From Balanoglossus misakiensis (Eukaryota > Animalia > Hemichordata), in NCBI GenBank assembly GCA_040954595.2, contig CM082589.2, forward strand, positions 6,073,186 to 6,137,185: DNA of 64,000 nt, in the 5' to 3' direction. A program made the translations under genes and the position numbers. The notes below the pieces were generated by a model. The model saw nothing but the letters and a program-made list of their open reading frames with translations, was not told the origin of the DNA and did no database searches. This document shows positions 56,801 through 64,000 of the stretch, piece after piece (position 1 is the stretch's first letter; every line of letters begins with the position of its first letter).

Positions 56801-59180
56801 TCAATTTAAAACATTGCCGAAATCCCACAAAACATGTTACGTGAAGACAGCCTATCCAATATTTTGAATGCACAGTCATACGACACAGCTACGCACTTGC
56901 TAAGTTACCTCTCATCTCCCTTGCTGTAAAATCACAGGTGCAACACTAAACTCTGCAGATTTCACGATAAGCAGCTGAAAACTGTATGTAACAGAAGAGG
57001 ACAGCTTCTAAAAGTACCGATTACTCCGTTTTTTCATGACTCTGGTTTCGATCACAATGCCTGTCAGATGATACGCCAAACACACAATTGAAATCCCGGT
57101 ATAATTGAAACTAGCACATGCCTCAACCAAACCACTTGAATCTAGCGAAAAAACACCTCACCTCACCGTTGAAGAACTTGTGTACGCTGAACAGAGAGAC
57201 GCTGGATTACTGAAAGCCAAACAGGGTGGTCACACAGCTTGCATTTCACATGCTGGGAACTATGGGAAAAAAGATTTCAGACAAACCTAGTATCCTTGCC
57301 TCACTGCTCTCATTTGCAACGCGATGGCCCCAGACTCTATTCTCATAATGATGAGGTCCAAAATCATAACAGACCCCGGCCGCCGTCACCAGAATAGGCT
57401 CGAGTCGGGCCGTTCATTGAAATACTGCATAGAGAGCCAAACCCATTGATTAGCCATTCCTCACTGACTGGCCACGACACTTGGCCGCCTCACTCAGTTG
57501 GCCCGTGGCTCCAAGGCAAGAAAAACAACACACAGCGAGGAGCCTACACACACCAAATAAGAAAAAAACATAACCAACTCGGCCCACCCAAGCATGGCGG
57601 AATTCCAAGCCGGGGTTGTTTATCGCTCCAGAAAAATCACCGACTCGAAATCGCATCAGGTCTACCAGTTCATAAACGAAATAGCTTGGAATGGAATCGC
57701 CAAGCGAAACAAGGGCCGCCAGCTCCATCAAGCAACCAAGACACGGAGGTGACAGTTGCCCTATCAATTTTAGGTAGCAAGATCTTGAAAAATTATAACT
57801 GGCCTCTGCGACTTGCGATGGCTATCTAAGTCCACCCCATTCTGACTCGACAAGAACACTCAAAATATCTCCACCTGAGACCGATTGCACTTACACCATT
57901 ACTCACCACACAAGCAGTTGCTTTTCCTCTGCCACGTATTACCTCACCCTAATCTCAAGTGTATTGTCACGCCGTTCACAATAATTACAATTCACATTTC
58001 CTCATGAATTACCCAATTTGAGCATTAATCTCAGAAGTTGACCAATTTACCATGTGTCGGAACTCTACAATTGAATTTGCTGATAACGGGGAGGGCTAAC
58101 AAATTGGCTCAGATAACTCAAAAAGGTTAAAATAATCATGAAACCCTTTGAAAAAAATTAGCATTTCCCTGGAGATTTCAACTGAAGGTTTTGTTTTCTT
58201 CAAAGAAATGTGTAAAATACCATGCAGTGTACTCCCATCCCCAAAGGAATTCCTGATAAATCATCAGCTCATCTGCCAACCATGCAATTGCTATGATAAT
58301 AATTTCTATTGTTTTCCCAACATTAAACAATCGTGGCCAATCCTCCAATTAATTGCTCTGGTTATAACTGTGCACGACAGAAATGTATACCTGTGGCAAG
58401 CTAAAAATAGTTCGGATCACTATCCTGCTTTTTGTTGTTGCGCACAAAAAATAAAGAATTTCATTCAGTGTCTCACAAATGCAGGAAACAGTTTTAACTA
58501 CACTACAGTTATGATCTCGGAACGTGTTACTTAGACATACACACGTGTACCACTGCACAAAAATATGCCGGAAATGTGTGTGCGGTAAAATTGGACGGGT
58601 TGGGCCATGGGCCTGACCCAGAATATTTTGAGATCCAATTTGCCGGCTACCTCGCAAATTACATTCTAAAGCACGTATTTTGGGATTATACAAACCTGTG
58701 AATACATTCACAGGCAAACACACAAAAAATTGCAGAGAAGGCTCTCTATCCTATCTGCCTTGTAGATCAGCTCTCAATAGTCGTAAGTCATGACTCTTGT
58801 CCAGAAGATGATTTACTTTGTCGCCCGAAGCCTATAAAAGTGTTATTCATGAACTCCGAGGTAATTTAACAGGCCGGGAACACACCGGCGCATACAATCA
58901 AGGAGGGAGGACTCACGAGCACTCAGGCCTCAGTGTATCCGTTTTTTTTTTTTTAGTAAACAGGCCACAACCTTTGGTAGTGGAGGCACAGGGCACTGCC
59001 GGAATCCCTGGCTTCCCATTACAAAACACAGGGGCTGACCGCGTGCAGCATACCAATGTACTACGCAAAGACCAAAAGACGAGAGAATCTCGCATGAATC
59101 ACTGATCCTCCTACTGTGGAATGTGTAAATCAGGCAGTTTGATGCATAAATGCATTTTGAATTTCAAATTACTCACCTAC

Positions 59181-59249
59181 CTGGGTGTAGTCTTGCCTGA
59201 ACTCTGCATCTTAATGCATTTGCTTGACAGTAGTCACACACACTCTTCT
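59181..59249 (-). CDS. Candidate 69-nt symmetric (phase 1-1) exon, (E)KSVCDYCQANALRCRVQARLHP
   Basis: Acceptor cacattttttag|, donor CCAG|GTAGGT with a second overlapping donor GTAG|GTGAGT 4 nt downstream. Stop-free in the frame set by the 61044-61077 segment. Confidence 0.5.
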
Positions 59250-60225
59250 CTAAAAAATGTGCAAATTCTTCCTGTTTGATTCTTATTTTCCCAAAATTAC
59301 TAATTTAATTAAATTAGGCATACTAAAATTGTTACTGAGCTCCATTAAGTTTTTTTTCACAATGTGTGCAAAAGCCAATATGTAATTCTAAAAGCATACG
59401 AAATAATTATAACTAAACTGTTATTTTATATCTTGACATTCTGAATTTTCTGTTTAATTTCACGTGTATAATTCAGGGATAGCATCCAGGATGTTTCCAT
59501 TTTTAGGATCATATAATACACATGATCCCAATTACTAGTAATTTACAAGCAATTTCCACTGCAATTAATTTACTGGCAATTAATGCAGAAACAGTAGCAT
59601 TTGTAAACCATTCCCGGTAACCAATCTGCCCCTCCCCATCCCAGTCACCTTGATTTTTAAAATTCTACAGACACACCAGACCCATAATTTTAGTGCCCGT
59701 CTGATTCTATATGACAGTTCTGGCAACAACAAAAATGTAGGTACATCATGGAAACACTAGAAGTCTGGGTCATTAGATCTTATCAGAGTTTTATTGTTCG
59801 GGCAGAAAGTCATTTTTCTTTATCTTCCATTACTGCAAAGGTATATTCTGAAGCACACACTTTAAGGTATGTCATGCGGTGAAGCTGTTATCCAAGGAAC
59901 AATTCAATGCCCTATCACCATCAGAAATACTCACTGATTTACCTTTTAATATCATTTGCAAGCCAGAGTTTTTTACCTTTGGGATTTTCGGAGCATACTG
60001 TAGATACAAAATCCATGACGACCAGACAGGCATGATTTTATATGCAGACAATTACAAGCTAACCGTGACCAAGGGCTACATGTACAGTAGAATCATGCCC
60101 CCAAAAATTCTACCTTACATCAATATGTGTGTGGATGACAGACCAATCTTTCTTTCATCATTTTATCTAAAAGTTATTTGCGAATTATTCAGTTAATTCA
60201 ACACTGGTGATGTTGTACTTGTGTT

Positions 60226-60378
60226 AGGTGAAATGGACATCACCCTGTATATACAATGTAACAGAGTGAGGTGAAATGGACATCACCATGTATATACAAT
60301 GTAACAGAGTGAGGTGAAATAGACATCACCCTGTAAATACAATGTGACAATGTGAGGTGAAATGGACATCACCCTGTA
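60226..60378 (+). repeat. 43-bp minisatellite, ~3.5 copies
   Basis: Units start at 60226, 60269, 60312 and 60355 (aggtgaaatggacatcaccctgtatatacaatgtaacagagtg). Confidence 0.95.
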
Positions 60379-61043
60379 CATTTGACCAAATTAAGTTCTG
60401 GTAATATCAGAATTACCAACAAAGGATAAACAATCTGAATATGCCGGAAAATATTAGTACGTGTGTTTTCGTTAAGGGTATTAACCTGGTAATTTAATGT
60501 TACTGCCAATACTGGGGTCTGGTTCCCCAGTCATTTTACCGGGGTTCCCCTAAAATATCACTCACATATTTACATTAATGGGTAATGAAATATACAAGGG
60601 ATTCCCTAAAGCATTTACCTACATCATGTACATTTCCTGAGCCTTAGCAAATACAGTGCTTCCTAATCTATGACCCAGCACTAGATGATAGGACAGGTCA
60701 TACGACAGACTATGAATTACGACTTCCATGCTTTATGACAATACGACTTAGCTGACCGAACTCTGACTCGTTCACTAAACCATGGAGGTACCAGTGTTAC
60801 CCCAATGACTTAACTGAACGACGGACGTTCGCCAGCCATGAAACGTATACCCCCTAAAGAGTTCAAGTTGGACGTTGGTAAGGTTTAGTTTTACAGAAAA
60901 TGCAGTCAATGTCCATCGCAGCAGTGACGTTAATCCACGTTGGATGTTGACATTTTGGCGAGCATGAGAATATGTGTTTTGGAAATGTTTGTCTTCGATT
61001 CCATTCTCGTGCTCGCCGAAATGTTCTCCCACTACGTTCTCAC

Positions 61044-61077
61044 CTCTATTCTCCTGGATGATATGACGTGGGTACAT
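61044..61077 (-). CDS. Candidate N-terminal coding segment MYPRHIIQENR + phase-1 G (exon possibly 61044..61130)
   Basis: ATG at 61077, donor AGAG|GTGAGA, possible acceptor tttcttcatcag| at 61131/61130. Joins in frame to the 69-nt exon at 59181-59249. Confidence 0.45.
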
Positions 61078-61667
61078 ATGGTCTGTACATCACAGAGTGG
61101 CACAGGAAGTGACCGAGAATATTGCAAGTACTGATGAAGAAACTCAACGTGCCACTCAGTGCTCATATGAAGTGATGGTAATAAAATGGCAATCTTCTAC
61201 AAACGACACCGCTTGCTTTGAAGAGGAGTTTCTGACAATTGCATGTGGCCGGTTCGTACCATTTTGCACCAACTACTCAAATGTGTTTACAAAGCATGGA
61301 ATACCAGCGCTAACTGTTACGTGAGACTGCTTTTGACAACTGACATAACACAGGCTTTGCACGACCTACCGGACGACTTCGTAGTAAACACCCACTGAAT
61401 GACTGGAACTTCGTCTCACGGTTCAACGCTAGGGAGCTTCCCCGTCTGACTAACACACAACGTGAACCCTTGTGCACTGGACAGTAGTTCGTACTGGCCT
61501 ATCTCCCAACCAAGAAAACTACAATGCAAAGATCATAGCCAGAAAGACCACATCTCTACAAATTACTCTGATAAGAGGCCATGTACACACAACTTCAATA
61601 ATAAAGTTTTTGACGACAGTCACCGCGGTGTTCAAAAGACAGCCGGCACATTCTTCCGTTTTCTTAC

Positions 61668-61815
61668 CTCACGACAAAGACGCAACGCTGTTTAATATTC
61701 CTAGTGACTGTACCTGCCAAGTACTCCTACAACAACTCAGAATTACGCAGAGTTCCCAGTAAACTTCGAAAGTGCTCGTGATTTCCTCGGCACTGTTCAG
61801 TCCGGCGATTTCAAC
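61668..61815 (-). other. Candidate non-coding first exon of the divergent minus-strand gene (5' limit approximate)
   Basis: Consensus donor GAG|GTAAGA on the minus strand at 61668/61667. CpG-rich and adjacent to the RPS12 promoter. Confidence 0.5.
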
Positions 61816-62145
61816 ATGGCGTTACAATGTACTCAGATAATTACGCCCATATTTGGAAAACCATGAATACCAAATTAAGCAGAAACTATTAGTACAATGG
61901 GTACAAGGGAAATTCCGTCGTGAGGAATTAACAAAACGCATAACAGATTTAAGTCAAAATTATAACACTCACCATGATAAATAAAACAACTTTTATTGAT
62001 AATATACGAATAAATAGTCCATACTAATTAAATGTTTAATATTCAAAATCTAGAAAAACAAAAATTATTTTACACCCCTCTGCAAAGTAAAATGACTTCC
62101 CGTCGACCATAATGCACTTTGAGCAGCCATATTGGTTCCTTTCCT
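61800..62145. promoter_or_regulatory. Bidirectional promoter between RPS12 (+) and an unidentified minus-strand gene
   Basis: YY1-like GCCATATT (62126-62133) and CAACATGGCG (~61812-61821), ZNF143/Staf-like ACCATAATGCAC (62106-62117), TCT motif at 62138. An AT-rich spacer lies between two CpG-richer start regions, and a strong minus-strand donor sits at 61668. Confidence 0.62.
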
Positions 62146-62172
62146 GAACTGTGTGTGTTTAGGGTGATCACT
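62139..62172 (+). other. RPS12: RPS12 non-coding exon 1 beginning at a TCT initiator / 5'TOP tract
   Basis: CCTTTCC at 62138-62144 matches the ribosomal-protein TCT motif YC(+1)TYTYY. Donor act|gtaagt at 62172/62173, followed by a 128-nt intron to the exon 2 acceptor. Confidence 0.82.
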
Positions 62173-62319
62173 GTAAGTAATGGTTCCACAAAATCGGTTT
62201 CATCTCCCCTCTATATAAAACCTCGAAGCCAAAAAACAATATCATTTAAAAGAATGACAATCAAAGATTAATTTGTGTGTATTTTTGTTTTTGTTCGTAG
62301 CGAGGACGTCCGCTTCAAC

Positions 62320-62336
62320 ATGTCTGACGCGGAAGG
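62320..62336 (+). CDS. RPS12: RPS12 first coding segment (exon 2 spans 62301..62336), MSDAE(G)
   Basis: Acceptor tttttgttcgtag|cgagg at 62300/62301, start context caacATG, donor gg|gtaagt. Phase 2 joins in frame to the next exon. Confidence 0.9.
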
Positions 62337-64000
62337 GTAAGTCCACATGATCCCATAGAAAACTGCCAGATGGTTATTGCAATGCATGCACTTCATCGGT
62401 ATTTGCCGTCCGGCGTCGTTATTCGTCCAACGATCGAAAACATGAGCAATCGTGATAGGCGTTTCACACCGAATATTTATGTTGAACCCATACGGGGTCG
62501 GCGCATCCCTCAAGGCTTTACCTGTATCCGATAGGACGACTGACGCCGAACCAATAAGTCTGTCTGCTCTGATGAAAGTGGCCGAACTTTCGTGGCGCCA
62601 TATAAATTCTCATTCAAGAGTCGCTTAGCCAGTAGGAGTGAGTCTTTGAATATCTACTAACCTCCCTGGACCAAACGAAGGTGGCTGAATCTAACTGCTG
62701 AGAAAACAGATGACCATTATTTCTGCAGTTGTCAATTTTGTGCAATCTGATCATCTGTGCACGTGTGTACACGTGAAACAGCGCCCCCGTTGGCGAGAAA
62801 TTATCAAGGCGATTTTAAACGTGCTACTAGTCTTTTGCGACTTCCGTGTTTCTTTTAGCGATAAATTTCCCCAAATTAATGAGATTGCTATTGTGTGGTA
62901 TGTTCTTCAACTTTCCGCGAATTGATGAATGGCAAACTTTGATTCAGACGTAGCAACAAAATGATCACTTGACTTGGTCCCATTAAAGGCATTTCACACC
63001 ACTGTACATACCACTTCGAAAGCCGCAATGGAACTGCTGAGTGCAAGTCAATAAACGCCAAATTTGCAGGTGAAATATTCGGTGAACAGACCATATGGAG
63101 CCAGTCCATTCATTGGATTTTAATCAGATTTAACGCTGAGAGCACCAGTGTGTAAATTGGGCTGGGGTTATGGATGTGTGTTAATCAACAGAGCATCGCA
63201 CGCTGATCTGCATTGCTGATTTGGCAGCCAATTTTCTCGGTGGATGGACACTGTAGTTCTGCTGTGAAGTGCGGCTGACCTCAATGACCAGTCACTAAAG
63301 TGCGTTCTACTGCCTGCTCAGTAGAACAGTGTGTTTCAGTTCAGTACTTCTCTCCTCTGGTTGTTTTGACATACCTTCTCATTGCAAACTGTCTTGATTA
63401 CAGAGATGATACGCCCGTGGCAGCCGCCGGTGGCCCAATGACTATTGAAGAAGCGTTGCAAGAAGTGCTGAAAACTTCCCAGATCAACGGTGGCCTCGCA
63501 CGAGGTCTGCATGAGGCAGCCAAGGCTCTGGACAAGTAAGTTTGGGTCTGGTCAATTTTGCATTGCAGCGTTCTGCATTTTGGCTTGTCAGCTGTGTGTT
63601 GAGCAATACACACATTGCAAAAGTTTTTTTAAATGGTGGGTCTTGTGTCATGTGTATGCAACCCTCAAATGTGGTTTAAATAGTATTTCTTGGATGTGCA
63701 CTTCATTTCCAGACGTCAGGCTCATCTGTGTGTGCTTGCTAACAACTGTGATGAACCTATGTACGTCAAGTTGGTGGAAGCACTCTGTACAGAACACGAC
63801 ATCAATCTACTGAAGGTGAGAGGATACAAATTGTTATTTCCGTATTATCAGATTGCTTGAATAGGCTGGTTGAGAACTGTTTTAGGACGACCAGTAATAA
63901 TAGCTAGCTAAAGATATTCTGATTTGTCTGTCCTTCCCTACAGGTTGACGACAACAAGAAGCTTGGGGAATGGTCCGGTCTGTGTAAGATTGACCGTGAG
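62320..64000 (+). CDS. RPS12: 40S ribosomal protein S12 (eS12), spliced CDS join(62320..62336,63404..63535,63713..63815,63944..>64000), 3' end outside the window
   Basis: Spliced translation [103 protein letters not shown] carries the eS12 motifs [44 protein letters not shown] and [13 protein letters not shown]. All introns are GT-AG with consistent phases (2,2,0). Confidence 0.98.
62559..62710 (+). ncRNA. Candidate intronic structured box C/D snoRNA, copy 1 (RPS12 intron 2)
   Basis: Box C cTGATGA 62569-62575, box D CTGA 62698-62701, terminal stem TCTGT/ACAGA. Outer stem GGCC-gaa-CTTTCGT...ACGAAGG-t-GGCT and inner hairpin ATTCAAGAgTCGCTT...GAGTGAgTCtTTGAAT. Lies in a ribosomal-protein gene intron and shares its architecture with copy 2. 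Confidence 0.6.
62910..63048 (+). ncRNA. Candidate intronic structured box C/D snoRNA, copy 2 (RPS12 intron 2)
   Basis: Box C tTGATGA 62922-62928, box D CTGA 63037-63040, terminal pairing ACTT..GCG/TGC-AAGT. Outer stem GGC-aaac-TTTGA...TCGAA-a-GCC and inner hairpin AAATG..CTTGA...TTAAAG.CATTT. Shares TGATGAA..TGGC.RAACTTT and AAT..AACTGCTGAG with copy 1. Confidence 0.58.
63404..63535 (+). CDS. RPS12: RPS12 exon 3
   Basis: ttacag|a...aa|gtaag, 132 nt, encodes [43 protein letters not shown](K). Confidence 0.97.
63713..63815 (+). CDS. RPS12: RPS12 exon 4
   Basis: tttccag|a...aag|gtgag, 103 nt, encodes [34 protein letters not shown]. Confidence 0.97.
63944..64000 (+). CDS. RPS12: RPS12 exon 5 (partial, runs off the window)
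   Basis: ccctacag|gtt, encodes [19 protein letters not shown]. Confidence 0.97.

Noticed and set aside
58913-59095. 60-aa minus-strand ORF ending at CTC|GTGAGT
   Set aside because: It lies only ~85 nt from the 59181 exon, has no promoter or acceptor support, ends in phase 2 and runs through a homopolymer tract.
60226-60378. CRISPR-like array (palindromic repeat at regular spacing)
   Set aside because: The apparent spacers are near-identical, no cas genes are present and the context is eukaryotic. It is a plain minisatellite.
1-61815. Naming the minus-strand gene (EYA, SGK, PDE, PKA-C, SLC18B1)
   Set aside because: No constant-region exon or diagnostic motif is visible in the window. Synteny and exon phase alone are insufficient.
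62579-62631. Short U2 snRNA complementarities (GGCCGA, CTTAGCCA) in C/D candidate 1
   Set aside because: Only 6-8 nt, partly buried in stems, not placed before a D/D' box and absent from copy 2.
63180-63335. Possible H/ACA snoRNA (hairpin GTTCTACTG/CAGTAGAAC next to ACA) in RPS12 intron 2
   Set aside because: No ANANNA hinge between two long hairpins could be built, and the ACA overlaps the stem.
63300-63813. ORF-track proteins 63300..63539, 63398..63613 and 63490..63813 as independent genes
   Set aside because: They are intron read-through, antisense or off-frame shadows of RPS12 exons 3-4.
62337-63943. Orthologs of vertebrate SNORD100, SNORD101 or SNORA33 in RPS12 introns
   Set aside because: No similarity recognised by eye. 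An Rfam scan is needed to exclude them formally.

Overview
Eukaryotic, moderately AT-rich genomic DNA that is almost entirely non-coding. Spliceosomal introns, the invertebrate-type RPS12 N-terminus and the repeat landscape suggest a marine invertebrate, possibly a deuterostome (inference). The only gene I can name is 40S ribosomal protein S12 (RPS12, + strand, 62139 to beyond the window end): a TCT/5'TOP start, a non-coding exon 1 and four coding exons in the window. Its 1.07-kb second intron holds two apparently paralogous, structured box C/D-like RNAs of about 130-150 nt with a shared architecture. RPS12 appears to share a bidirectional promoter with an unidentified minus-strand gene. That gene seems to occupy the remaining ~62 kb as a series of candidate alternative promoters/first exons, several encoding 11-23-aa N-termini that end in phase 1. 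Its shared body exons are not recognisable here and probably lie left of the window. The region also contains RFX X-boxes, ZNF143/Staf sites, a TCF site cluster, three TTA-flanked PIF/Harbinger-type MITEs, TTAA-flanked mini-elements, fold-backs and minisatellites. I judge most ORFs in the six-frame track spurious. No tRNA, rRNA, CRISPR array or transposase/RT coding sequence was recognised.
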